Assembly (NCBI GenBank): GCA_964510025.1
Contig: CAZDZV010000003.1
Span: 62,001-126,000 of the forward strand
Direction: 5' to 3'
Length of the DNA: 64,000 nucleotides
From: an uncultured Methanosarcinales archaeon
Lineage (GTDB): Archaea > Nanobdellota > Nanobdellia > Woesearchaeales > DATDXC01
In this document: positions 18,895-28,796 of the stretch, one piece after another
Position numbering within the stretch: the stretch's first letter is position 1
Layout: every line of letters starts with the position of its first letter
Translations under genes and position numbers: made by a program
Notes under the pieces: model-generated
Database searches by the model: none
The model's input: the letters and a program-made list of their open reading frames with translations, nothing else
Told to the model about the DNA's origin: nothing

Positions 18895-19910
18895 TTTATG
18901 CTGACCCGTTCAATATCAAAGTTGTCATCCCCCCCCGGGCAGCTGCTGCAAAGATTCAATGCTTTTTTGTTCTTCAGGACCTGTCCCCTAAATCTCATGA
19001 ATTTCTTGTTGTTCCAGATATGCTTTAGGTCTTCATTTTCGATGTTGCCGAATAGATGCTCGGACTTGTAGTCTATGCAGCATGGCACTACAGAGCCGTC
19101 CCAATAGACAGTTGCGTCAGTCCATAGTGAAGGGCATCCATTTTTTACCTCTCGTCTGTTTCTTCTTAAGGATATATCATCAGGCTGAAACTGCTCAGCT
19201 TCCTCTTTTGTATTCACTATGGTGGTCTTTAAGACAAAAGTATCAACCTGCAACTGTCTGGCCAATTTTTTTATGTCCTTTATCTGATGTTGGTTGTGCT
19301 TCATAACCACAAATTGAAGCTCCAGTCTGGGATAGCGGCTGTTCTGCCTTTTCTTTTCCTTCACAATGCTTTTGATACCATCTACTATCTTCTGATAGTT
19401 TCCGTTTTTCCTGTATTTGGCCAGTGTTTCCTGGTCAACAGCATCCAAAGCCAAAAGAAGATTATCCAGCTTTGAATCCACTAATCTCTGTACTGCCTCT
19501 TCTGTGTCGAAGAAATGGCCGTTTGTCATGACGGTAACCTTGATTTTTTTCTTTTTTGCGTAGCTAATCATCCCGTAAATATCCTTATGCAGCATTGGCT
19601 CTCCCCATACGGATAGAAGCAGGTTGAACAGATAGGGAGATGTCTCATCTATCAGCCTCTTGTAAGATTCAAGATCCATGAATCCTTTTTTTCTGCCAAG
19701 AGTATTCTTTCCAACAGGGCAGAGCGGACACTGAAGGTTGCAGAAATTGGTAGGTTCTATGCTTATGCTATAGGGCATTCCCCAGACTTCATGGCTCTTT
19801 AACAGCAGAGAGAGCCTTACCTTTGCCATATTAATTAGCTTCTTCAGAGTGATATGCCTTCTTCTGACCAGATCAAAGAACGTGCTGATCTTGATAAAAG
19901 TGTTATTCAT
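18891..19910 (-). CDS. Radical SAM protein with SPASM/twitch domain
   Basis: EPTNFCNLQCPLC, WGEP, TNG; C..LW..DGSVVPCC..GN..IW..C..C. Confidence 0.88.
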   Translation of the reverse strand: MNNTFIKISTFFDLVRRRHITLKKLINMAKVRLSLLLKSHEVWGMPYSISIEPTNFCNLQCPLCPVGKNTLGRKKGFMDLESYKRLIDETSPYLFNLLLSVWGEPMLHKDIYGMISYAKKKKIKVTVMTNGHFFDTEEAVQRLVDSKLDNLLLALDAVDQETLAKYRKNGNYQKIVDGIKSIVKEKKRQNSRYPRLELQFVVMKHNQHQIKDIKKLARQLQVDTFVLKTTIVNTKEEAEQFQPDDISLRRNRREVKNGCPSLWTDATVYWDGSVVPCCIDYKSEHLFGNIENEDLKHIWNNKKFMRFRGQVLKNKKALNLCSSCPGGDDNFDIERVSIK

Positions 19911-19965
19911 CTATTATACTGGCTTCTGGCTGTTTATAAAACTTGTGAAACCAAATATAACAGGA

Positions 19966-20604
19966 TCATCTTTTTTTGATTATCTTTGCAGGTACGCCTG
20001 CCACGATACAGAAGGGAGGCACATCCTTATTCACTACGCTGCCAGCTCCGACAATGCTGCCCCTGCCTATCCTTACGCCATCCAGGATCACAGCATTGGT
20101 GCCTATCCACACATCATCTTCAACCACTATGCCTTTCTTTGTGAAACCCTGCTTGTAGATCGGAGTTCTTTTATCGCTGAAGCTATGGTTAAATGACATA
20201 AGCTTTGAACCAGATGCGATCCTAACGCCGCTGCCAATACTCAATCCGCCAAGACCTTCAAGCACACAGAACGGGTTCACAGTGCTGTTCTCGCCTACCT
20301 CAATAAATCCTTCACCGCCGCATTTTACGATGGCATGGTTGAAGATAATGGAATTATTTCCTATCTTTATGCTCTGCTTAGTATTTGCGCAGATGTTACT
20401 ATACCCACTGATTATGACCTTGTCGCCAAGCTCAATATTTTTCGCATGTTCAATAAGACTGTTTGGGGCTATGAAACAGTTGCGTCCAATCTTCCTAAAG
20501 CATATCTTGTAAAAAGGGTATCTCAATAAGTTAAAGACATATCTGGAAAAAATTCTTATCAGATCAAAAAAATCCTTATTTCTCAGCTCTATCATTGGCT
20601 TCAT
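19966..20604 (-). CDS. Hexapeptide-repeat O-acetyltransferase
   Basis: LbH repeats; [22 protein letters not shown]. Confidence 0.88.
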   Translation of the reverse strand: MKPMIELRNKDFFDLIRIFSRYVFNLLRYPFYKICFRKIGRNCFIAPNSLIEHAKNIELGDKVIISGYSNICANTKQSIKIGNNSIIFNHAIVKCGGEGFIEVGENSTVNPFCVLEGLGGLSIGSGVRIASGSKLMSFNHSFSDKRTPIYKQGFTKKGIVVEDDVWIGTNAVILDGVRIGRGSIVGAGSVVNKDVPPFCIVAGVPAKIIKKR

Positions 20605-20673
20605 GTTTTTACTGAAAAAGGTTTTCTGCTTATATTTTTTTCGTTATCTTTAAATAATTTACGTGATTTTGTA

Positions 20674-21438
20674 GTGGCTATGCTAAGACAGATATTTAGA
20701 TTGTCCAGAAAAAGCTTAAGGAGTCCACTCTTGCTTTGGCTGGATCCTGAAAACTACAGCATTACCAGATTTATGAAATTTGCTGCAAAGCAGGTCAGCA
20801 GAAAAGACAAGGTTCTTGATGCAGGAGCCGGTTCCTGCCCTTACGAGAAGCTGTTTAGCCATGCTAAGTACGAGTCCTGTGATTTTGAGGATATTTTTGA
20901 CAAAAAAGCCAAGAATAGGCATGATTTCATCTGCGATTTGGTGAAGATCCCAAGAAAGAACGGACATTATAATGTTATACTGAACACGCAGGTTTTGGAG
21001 CATGTACCAGACCCCCAGAAGGTTCTGAATGAGTTTTTTAGGCTGCTTAAGAAAGGCGGAAAGCTATTCCTTACTGCTCCCCAAGGCTGGGGAATCCACG
21101 GAGAGCCCTATCACTTTTTTAATTTCACAAAATACGGGCTCAAACTTCTGCTTGAAAGAGCGGGCTTCAAGATTATCTTCATCAAGCCCAGGGGCGGATT
21201 TTTCTGGTATCTATCCAAAAGGCTAAGCACAATGCCACTTTACATATTCAGCCAATATGTTCTGGAGCAGGGGAAATCCAAGCTAAGGATCAGTTTTGGG
21301 GCATTGATACTGTTTCCTTTCTGCATATTATCCCACCTGGTGTTCACGTATATCACTCCCCTTATACTGCTGCCATTAGATTTCCTGGACAGGAAGAAGG
21401 ATTATACTTTGGGCTATGCCTGCTACTGCAAGAAATGA
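20674..21438 (+). CDS. Class I SAM methyltransferase (type 11)
   Basis: VLDAGAG, QVLEHV, LKKGG, HGEPY. Confidence 0.85.
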   Translation: MAMLRQIFRLSRKSLRSPLLLWLDPENYSITRFMKFAAKQVSRKDKVLDAGAGSCPYEKLFSHAKYESCDFEDIFDKKAKNRHDFICDLVKIPRKNGHYNVILNTQVLEHVPDPQKVLNEFFRLLKKGGKLFLTAPQGWGIHGEPYHFFNFTKYGLKLLLERAGFKIIFIKPRGGFFWYLSKRLSTMPLYIFSQYVLEQGKSKLRISFGALILFPFCILSHLVFTYITPLILLPLDFLDRKKDYTLGYACYCKK

Positions 21439-21939
21439 CTATTTCAGAACCTTAAGTGTAACATCTATCTCTTTATAAATCTCTCCCAGTACAAAGCTTG
21501 CCTTGTCACGCAGGAAGCCTGGGAAAAGCATGCCGAATCTCGTCGGTATCAACTTTGTCTTTTCGATATAAAACTTCTTTTTTTGCTTTTTTATTGCATA
21601 GTGATTATCGGGATTGATAATATTGTCAAAGGTGGTTTGATTGAAAAAGTGCTTATGGGTTATATCATTATAGGCGCCTTTGCAGTTATAGTATGGCACG
21701 ATTATCCTGATCAATGCTTCTTTCTTGCATATCCTATGGAACTCATCAAGAGTCCTTACCGGATTTTCTAGATGCTCAAATACATTGTCTGCTATAACAT
21801 AATCAAAGGCATTATCCCTGAACGGATAAGGATATCTGTCAAAATCAAAAGATTTATCGATGCCTTTGGCTTCTTGCAAATCAACATTTACAAAATCCTT
21901 CAATATCTTTTTTCCGCAGCCAAAATTAAGTTTTTTCAT
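21439..21939 (-). CDS. Short class I SAM methyltransferase
   Basis: LNFGCG, VFEHL, DITH. Confidence 0.8.
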   Translation of the reverse strand: MKKLNFGCGKKILKDFVNVDLQEAKGIDKSFDFDRYPYPFRDNAFDYVIADNVFEHLENPVRTLDEFHRICKKEALIRIIVPYYNCKGAYNDITHKHFFNQTTFDNIINPDNHYAIKKQKKKFYIEKTKLIPTRFGMLFPGFLRDKASFVLGEIYKEIDVTLKVLK

Positions 21940-23128
21940 AGACTTTCATATGCTTCTTGTAGTTTACATCTGCATTGCACTCTTTTTTTACCAACCTAAA
22001 GGCCCTGTCAGCCAGTTTATTTCTTAATCTGGCATCATTTATAAGCCTTATCATAGATGCTGCCATCTTCTGCTCATCTCCTGGCTTAACTAGCATTCCG
22101 GTTTTAAGATGCTTAACCAGTTCAGAGCTTCCTCCCACGTCAGTAGCTATTACGGGCCTTTTCATAGAGAATGCTTCAAAGATGATTCTTGTAAGCGGCT
22201 CTGGCCATAGAGAAGGTGAAACGATAATGCCGCTCCGGGCGTATTCCTGCTTTATTTCTTCTCTGCCGACCTGGCCCAGGAATACTACATTTTCAGCAAG
22301 ATTCAGGGATTGGACCAAATCCATGAGCTTTTTCCTGGATGAACCTTCTCCGGCAATCCTCAGCTTAGCATCAGGATGCCTATCAACCACATATCTGAAT
22401 GACCTGATCAAGAAGTCAAACCCCTTGGACGGTCTTAATCCACCTGCAGAAAATATCCTTTTTGGATGCCCCTTCCCTTTTGGCTGCCAATCCTGCTTCT
22501 GGACCATTATTGTATGGACGTTCTTGATGCTATCTTTTAGCAGCTGCTTTCTTACGAATTCAGATACAGCAACATAGGAATCAATCTTCCTGAGCCATTT
22601 TCTTATCCTGATATTTTGGCTGTAAAACCAAGGAAAAAGAAGAAAACCCAAGAACCCTTTGCTGTAAGTTTTTCTGAAGGTTTCATATAGGCATTTTTTG
22701 TAATCTGCTTTGCTGCAGTTCCGCTTTATCCTGTTTTGTTCCATACAAACTGAAAGGTTGCATACAAACTGGTATGACCTCACTGTCATTACAGTGGGGA
22801 TATCTAGCCTTTTTGCAGCCTTAACAGCAGCTATCATCATGGCATAATCTTGGATATGCACAATATCTGGTTTTTCCTTGCTGAATATCTGTATCAGCTG
22901 TTTTTCAATATACCTGTCGATTATTCTATGGCCGATCAGAAGTACCAACTTCGGAACAAATTTGAGCAAAGGCAGGGAGTAATTTCTAAAGGGAAGTTTT
23001 TCCTTAACCTTAGATGTGATTACAAATAAATCCTGCTTTGATTTCAGATTTTTTGCCAGCAGAAAGCTACTTATCTCTGCACCGGACCATTTTTCACCTA
23101 AGAAGGTCGATATTAGGGCTATCTTCAT
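21926..23128 (-). CDS. Glycosyltransferase family 4
   Basis: SGAE, PDIVH, KG, PSLWPEP, EAFSMKRPVIATDVGG. Confidence 0.9.
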   Translation of the reverse strand: MKIALISTFLGEKWSGAEISSFLLAKNLKSKQDLFVITSKVKEKLPFRNYSLPLLKFVPKLVLLIGHRIIDRYIEKQLIQIFSKEKPDIVHIQDYAMMIAAVKAAKRLDIPTVMTVRSYQFVCNLSVCMEQNRIKRNCSKADYKKCLYETFRKTYSKGFLGFLLFPWFYSQNIRIRKWLRKIDSYVAVSEFVRKQLLKDSIKNVHTIMVQKQDWQPKGKGHPKRIFSAGGLRPSKGFDFLIRSFRYVVDRHPDAKLRIAGEGSSRKKLMDLVQSLNLAENVVFLGQVGREEIKQEYARSGIIVSPSLWPEPLTRIIFEAFSMKRPVIATDVGGSSELVKHLKTGMLVKPGDEQKMAASMIRLINDARLRNKLADRAFRLVKKECNADVNYKKHMKVYEKT

Positions 23129-24315
23129 TTTATTTTCTTGTAATATTCTATGATTTGCCTGGTTACAGATTCAACAGAGTATCTTTTTGCGATTTTTCTT
23201 CCTTTATTTCCGAGATATGTTCTTATATTCTTATTTTTTATTAGCCTTATGATGGCTTTTCTCAGCCCATCTATATCACCGGGTTTTACCAGTATGCCTG
23301 CATTTTTCACTATTTCAGGGATAGCGCCTATCTCCGAAGCGATCACTGGTTTCGACGAAGCCATTGCTTCAATGGCAATCCTTCCGAAAGGCTCAGGCCA
23401 TATAGACGGAAATACCACAATGTCTGAGCCAGCATATATTTTTGGTACCATGCTGTAATCTACAGGCTGATGTATCTTTGCATCAAGTTTGTTCTTCTTG
23501 ATTATCTTAAGCAGCTCCGTTTTCAGGATGCCCTCCCCGTAAAGGTCTATGCTACAGTCTAAACCTTTAGCTGCCTGCAGCAGGACATGGGGACCTTTGT
23601 ATTCTGTCAAAGATCCTAGGTAAATAATCTTTGTCTTTTTGTTTTTCTTTTTACTGCTGTAGAATCTATTGAATTCCACCATATTCGGTATTGTCTTGCT
23701 TTTGAGCCCGTGTTTTCTCAGCCTTGATCTGACATAGTCACTTATAGCAATTAGATTGCATTTTTTCAGGGATCCATTTAGCCTTTTATAGTAGCTATAC
23801 ACATAAGACCAAAATGCAGGATTATACTTCAGATAGAACCTATTTTTTATCTTACCTATCTCATCAGAATCCAGCAGACAACCAAGAAACAGGGAAAAGC
23901 TGCAACTATGGCTGCAGGCCTTTGCCCCATATAGCAGGTCTCCTTTTGGACATAAGGCAGGATAGCTTTCAACTGTGGCTACGCATCCAGTCTCAGCTGC
24001 AAGAACAGATGAGCCGATGAAATGCACTATATCAAATGAGCCCAATCTCTTGATTTCAGCCTGGATAGAGATAGGGAATAAAAGGCTCCTAACCAGATTA
24101 TCTTTGATGCCTGTAACACCGGTTCCTGTTCTGAGTTTCCGGTGGATATGGATGCCCTGGAATGTCTCATCTGCCTTATACCCTTTTAATCTCGAGGTAA
24201 GTATATGAACATTAAATCCCTTTTTAGCAAGGCTTTTAGCTAGAAGAAAAAGATTGATCTCACCTCCCCCCATTATCTTAGGATGGAAGTATTCTGATAC
24301 AAATAATATATCCAT
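23125..24315 (-). CDS. Glycosyltransferase family 4
   Basis: GGGE, YKG, PSIWPEPFGRIAIEAMA. Confidence 0.9.
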   Translation of the reverse strand: MDILFVSEYFHPKIMGGGEINLFLLAKSLAKKGFNVHILTSRLKGYKADETFQGIHIHRKLRTGTGVTGIKDNLVRSLLFPISIQAEIKRLGSFDIVHFIGSSVLAAETGCVATVESYPALCPKGDLLYGAKACSHSCSFSLFLGCLLDSDEIGKIKNRFYLKYNPAFWSYVYSYYKRLNGSLKKCNLIAISDYVRSRLRKHGLKSKTIPNMVEFNRFYSSKKKNKKTKIIYLGSLTEYKGPHVLLQAAKGLDCSIDLYGEGILKTELLKIIKKNKLDAKIHQPVDYSMVPKIYAGSDIVVFPSIWPEPFGRIAIEAMASSKPVIASEIGAIPEIVKNAGILVKPGDIDGLRKAIIRLIKNKNIRTYLGNKGRKIAKRYSVESVTRQIIEYYKKIK

Positions 24316-24348
24316 TTATTTTATGTAATAGAAAAGCCTATTTAAATC

Positions 24349-24678
24349 TTAGGAATTTTTTACAGCAATCTTTCTTACTATCTTCTCTATCTTGTTCTGG
24401 TTTTTCTTGATAATCAGGTAATTATAGAAGCTTATCCCGATCAAGAACATAAATCCCAAAATGATCAAGAAATCCAGGGTTCTGCTGATGTTCAAGACGC
24501 GTCTGGCTATCATATCAACTGAATTCGGGAATATGACGAGCAAAATAAAGACAATCCATGCAGACACCCAAAACCATCTTTCTTTAGCATCAATCTCTTT
24601 TCTTTTGCTGTATAGTGTTGTAATATACAGCATGAACAGACCGAAAAAGATTCCTACAAACTGTATGCCCAATACCAT
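24349..24678 (-). CDS. DUF2304-family small membrane protein
   Basis: About 3 TM helices, C-terminal IEKIVRKIA; directly after a GT2. Confidence 0.75.
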   Translation of the reverse strand: MVLGIQFVGIFFGLFMLYITTLYSKRKEIDAKERWFWVSAWIVFILLVIFPNSVDMIARRVLNISRTLDFLIILGFMFLIGISFYNYLIIKKNQNKIEKIVRKIAVKNS

Positions 24679-24679
24679 T

Positions 24680-25330
24680 TTACCACCTTCTTAATCTCCA
24701 TGAAATCATATTGAATACGATCTTAATCCCATCCAATACAGTCGTTCCCTTATACCTATCCTTGTAGACTGTCTTAATAGGCACTTGCCTATATCTTAAC
24801 TTATGCTTGCCTGAATTTGCGATCATCTCTGATTCCATGCTATAATCAGGCGAATTCCACCGGATCTTCCTATAGGCAGCAGCTGTAAAGGCCCGGAATC
24901 CGCACTGTGTGTCTTTTATGTCGATGTTATATAATAATCTTGTTATCCAGTTTATAAAATTGTTGCCAATCCTCAGGATAGCGGGCATGTCCTTGTTTAA
25001 GGTCCTGTACCCGAAGACTATATCTGCTCCCTCTAGAGCTGAGATAAATTTCTTAATATCCTCTGGGTCATGCTGACCATCAGCGTCCATGGCTACCAGT
25101 GATCTTGCGCCGCTCTTTAGGGCAAAGTCACATCCGGTCTTGAGTGCAGCTCCTTTTCCAAGGTTGAGGATATGTCTTAAAATAATAGCATCCTTCTTAG
25201 CAACAGCCGCAGTCCTATCGGAGCTGCCGTCGTCCACCACCACAATATTCTTATAGAATTTCTTGATTTTTTTGATTATATCCCGGATTGTCTTTTCCTC
25301 ATTTTTCGCAGGAATGACAATCCAAACCAT
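24680..25330 (-). CDS. GT2 polyprenol-phosphate glycosyltransferase (DPM1/AglJ-like)
   Basis: IPAKNEE, VDDGSSD, NLGKG, DADGQH, DTQCGFRAF. Confidence 0.9.
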   Translation of the reverse strand: MVWIVIPAKNEEKTIRDIIKKIKKFYKNIVVVDDGSSDRTAAVAKKDAIILRHILNLGKGAALKTGCDFALKSGARSLVAMDADGQHDPEDIKKFISALEGADIVFGYRTLNKDMPAILRIGNNFINWITRLLYNIDIKDTQCGFRAFTAAAYRKIRWNSPDYSMESEMIANSGKHKLRYRQVPIKTVYKDRYKGTTVLDGIKIVFNMISWRLRRW

Positions 25331-25331
25331 T

Positions 25332-28300
25332 TTAGGAAATCTTCAGCAGCCTTATCTTGAAGTTAAGGGTCTTGTTGCCCAAGGGATGGGCGGCAGGATC
25401 TGTACCATATGCTTCTTCAGGCGGTATCCTAAATGTCTTTGTCTCATTGATTTTCATGCCCAATACAGCATCATCAAACCCACCTATAACCTGGCCTGAA
25501 CCCACTGTAAATTCAAACTCCTCAGTATCTGTCAGCGGAGTATCTTCTGTTATCTGTTTTTCCTGCCAGTCTACTATAGTGGAGTCAAAGACAGTCCCGT
25601 TATCTATCCAGCCTATGTATGCCAGACTTATAGTATCACCTAGCTTTACTGTCTTGCCTGATAGTGTAATGGGCTCTTGCTCTTCCCATTCTACTTTCCA
25701 TACCTGAACCTTCTGCCCGGTAACGGTAGTTTTATCGCTGACGATTGTGTAGTGCCTGGATCCCAGTCCATCGAAGAAAAACAACCTGATAAACATACTC
25801 TTTGCTAAGGGCGGATCTACCAACAATGCCCTGGTGTCATCTCCCTGACCGATAAGTACCACAGATACTGGGGCTGTGTTTTCTGAAAACTTCTTCTCCA
25901 AGAGGTCAGTTTTTCCCGGATAGACAACAGATGCAGGGTGCATGTCGCCTTCCGGTGTCGGGAACGTTACATCATAATTTGTAAGGTTCACTATGGGGCC
26001 ATTTGCGCAACTAAGCAAATCCCCCTCATGAGTGCACCTATTAAGGTCTGACCTGAAAGAGGGCCAAGGAGCAATCCACTGATCAGCCTTGGTTTCCTGG
26101 ATCTCATAATAATAGCGGTCTGCTAAGTCGGGCGTAAGATTAAACCTGTTCTCTAGTATGTCGGTACCGGAATCGTAATTTTTTCCTATTACACTCTGCC
26201 ACATGCTTGCACGCTCAAAGTCCCATGAGCCAAAATGGGCCCAAACACCTGCTTTTCCTATCATATCCTGGGAGGTTATGTAATATTGGTCAATCAAGTC
26301 TGGGCAGTGCGTAAGTTCTAGAACGTTTTTTGCCTGCTCTGGAGAAATCACGGCTTCCAGCCTTTTGCTTGCATCTTCTCTCTCCATCAATATGATCTCG
26401 TTCAGGAGATTTATGGAAACAACTGTATCATTTAAATAGCTGTCTAGGACATCAAAAGCTTCTTCCTGGCCGCAATTCAGCATCCTCAGAATACCAACAT
26501 TGACCTTCTCATCATTTGCAAGTATACTTTTTCCAACCCAGTGGATCCTTCTTCCCTGGTCACCACCATCAAAGGTAACCCTCCGTTCCGCTATCGCCAC
26601 AAACCAATGGCCGAAGTCCCACCATGATGTTATAATCGCATCCTCAGAACTATCCTTAATCGCAGTGAGGCTTTCGTACCATGTATCTGTCATGCTGGGC
26701 ATCTCCTGCCTGGCTGTGCTATGAGCTGCTTTCAGCGGATTTATCAATAATAAGGACACCATTATAATAACAAATGCCTTTGAAAAAAAGCTATTGATAT
26801 TCATCTCCTTTGTAATTATTTTTGATAAATATTGGAACACTGTTCCGATAGTTATTCCAAAGGCTATTGCAAACGCAGGAACCATCAATATGGCGAACCT
26901 GACACCTTTTGTAAATGAATAGGCAGTACCCATGAACCATATCATCAACAGAAGAGCAAGCTTTATGTCTATGTCATCACCTTCCTTCAGATAGAATATC
27001 TTCAGCAGGCCGGCTATGATCGGCAGGGCAATTATAATGATAAATGTAACCGGGTCATTCAGCGATTCTTTCATATATATCACAACTAAGTAATATAAAG
27101 TAGAACCGACCAAATAAGCTATGTTGGCAAAATTAAGCTTTTTTCTGTTGAATAGAAGCAGGCTGATACCAACCAGGCTTATCCAGAAAAGAACATTTCC
27201 CCCCATATGGGAGACGATACTGCTCAGCTGAGGGGGATTGAATTCAGCTACAGTTGTCAGTACATTCGGCCACAAGGTTCTGACAGCCACCTCTTTTAGC
27301 CTGATAAAGCTGAACAGCCTTACAAAACCAGATATATAGAAATTCAGGCTTCCCTTGAACCATGTCACAAATATACCTGTTGTAGCAAGGTATGTTAAGG
27401 CTATTATCAGAGTGTTCCTGACCTGCAGCTTATTTACAAAATTCGCAAATCCCTGTCTTACATCCTTGTAGTTGCTGATAAACACATATATCAGGTAAAT
27501 ACCTATGGTTGCAAGGACAAAATTAAAGACATATGCCCAGCCAGGACCCCAAAGAAAACTAAAGACCCCTGTCAGAAAACCAGAAAGGCTCGTCAGGATA
27601 ATTTTCTTCTTAAGATCTTTTGTCTCAAAAGCTTCCAGAAATATCCATACAATAAACAAGGGCATCATGACATTATACCCATCAGTATCTGCAAATCCTG
27701 CAGGTGTCCTTCCTAATAAGGAAGAGTTGATGGCTACCATTATGGCTGCGAATAATCCGCCTACTACTCCGCCAAAGCGCCTGGCGATGAAAAAAGCCGG
27801 TATGACTGACAGTGTAATCAATATAACCGGAAGCAGGAATGCAGACCTTAATAGCGTGAAATTTCTGTTAAAAAAATGGACAAAGCTGTAAAGATTAGCA
27901 ATTATTATCGGATGAAGCTGCTTAGATACTTCCTTGTCTATCCTGCCGTTCCTAAGACTGTAGTAGGAAGTGCCGTTAATCAACTTATCTCCAAGGTGGC
28001 CGTAATTTACATAATTTCTTGCTTCTCCGTACCATAGGTAGGGATCTATTGCCAGCAAATAAGTCTGGCCATCCTCATTCTTGAACCTGCTTTTGAAATA
28101 GTCAGATGTGGCTTCAATCTGCCCTTGAATCTGGGCCTTTTGGGATTCTAAGAGGTTGGCAAACTCATTATCTATCAATGTCTGCTTGTTTTGAGCAGGT
28201 AAATTTGGGTATTGCGCGTCTATCTGTGCGCTTATCTGGGATTTGTAGGAATTGTAAACGGTTGACTGGGCCCATTCATCTGTTAAAGGCAGGTGAGATG

Positions 28301-28751
28301 GGTACATTCTGAAGAATATGCCCAATATAACCGGAATCAAGATTACCAGGAAGATACCATATTTGTTCAAGAATTTGCCTACGTCACCTTGCTTGAATAT
28401 CTGTCTTATTTTTTGTAAATCAAACTGGATTTCCTCTTCATCTAAATCTTCTTTTGCTTCAGAGACCTTGTCCCTTATCTGCCTAAGATCCTTCTGAAGC
28501 TCTTTCTTTTCTTTGTCGATGGTCTGCGCTAATCTTTCATCTTTCTCTAATGTTTTTTCTGCTTTTTCTATTTCAGCTTCATCCTTTTTAAGCTTGTCCA
28601 GCCTTTGTGTCTCTTCTTTTATCTGGCTTTTTATATCCGCTTCTGTGTGTTTCACTTCTCTTTCGAAACTTCCCAGTTTTTTCTTTCTTTTGAAAAAATT
28701 AGCTATTTTCTTGAAATCAATGACAACCTCATCGTCATTATTATCCTGCAT
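25332..28751 (-). CDS. aglB: Oligosaccharyltransferase AglB (STT3) with N-terminal coiled coil and C-terminal FKBP-type PPIase domain
   Basis: IDPY, GFADTD, TVAE, WWDFG, VTFDG; C-term GTVFDST..VIGGFD..IPPEEAYG..LNFKI; ATG at 28751 follows SD-like AAGGTGG. Confidence 0.93.
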   Translation of the reverse strand: MQDNNDDEVVIDFKKIANFFKRKKKLGSFEREVKHTEADIKSQIKEETQRLDKLKKDEAEIEKAEKTLEKDERLAQTIDKEKKELQKDLRQIRDKVSEAKEDLDEEEIQFDLQKIRQIFKQGDVGKFLNKYGIFLVILIPVILGIFFRMYPSHLPLTDEWAQSTVYNSYKSQISAQIDAQYPNLPAQNKQTLIDNEFANLLESQKAQIQGQIEATSDYFKSRFKNEDGQTYLLAIDPYLWYGEARNYVNYGHLGDKLINGTSYYSLRNGRIDKEVSKQLHPIIIANLYSFVHFFNRNFTLLRSAFLLPVILITLSVIPAFFIARRFGGVVGGLFAAIMVAINSSLLGRTPAGFADTDGYNVMMPLFIVWIFLEAFETKDLKKKIILTSLSGFLTGVFSFLWGPGWAYVFNFVLATIGIYLIYVFISNYKDVRQGFANFVNKLQVRNTLIIALTYLATTGIFVTWFKGSLNFYISGFVRLFSFIRLKEVAVRTLWPNVLTTVAEFNPPQLSSIVSHMGGNVLFWISLVGISLLLFNRKKLNFANIAYLVGSTLYYLVVIYMKESLNDPVTFIIIIALPIIAGLLKIFYLKEGDDIDIKLALLLMIWFMGTAYSFTKGVRFAILMVPAFAIAFGITIGTVFQYLSKIITKEMNINSFFSKAFVIIMVSLLLINPLKAAHSTARQEMPSMTDTWYESLTAIKDSSEDAIITSWWDFGHWFVAIAERRVTFDGGDQGRRIHWVGKSILANDEKVNVGILRMLNCGQEEAFDVLDSYLNDTVVSINLLNEIILMEREDASKRLEAVISPEQAKNVLELTHCPDLIDQYYITSQDMIGKAGVWAHFGSWDFERASMWQSVIGKNYDSGTDILENRFNLTPDLADRYYYEIQETKADQWIAPWPSFRSDLNRCTHEGDLLSCANGPIVNLTNYDVTFPTPEGDMHPASVVYPGKTDLLEKKFSENTAPVSVVLIGQGDDTRALLVDPPLAKSMFIRLFFFDGLGSRHYTIVSDKTTVTGQKVQVWKVEWEEQEPITLSGKTVKLGDTISLAYIGWIDNGTVFDSTIVDWQEKQITEDTPLTDTEEFEFTVGSGQVIGGFDDAVLGMKINETKTFRIPPEEAYGTDPAAHPLGNKTLNFKIRLLKIS

Positions 28752-28796
28752 CAAACCACCTTGTTTCTAGAAAAAAGGAGTATAATAAAAAGCTTT

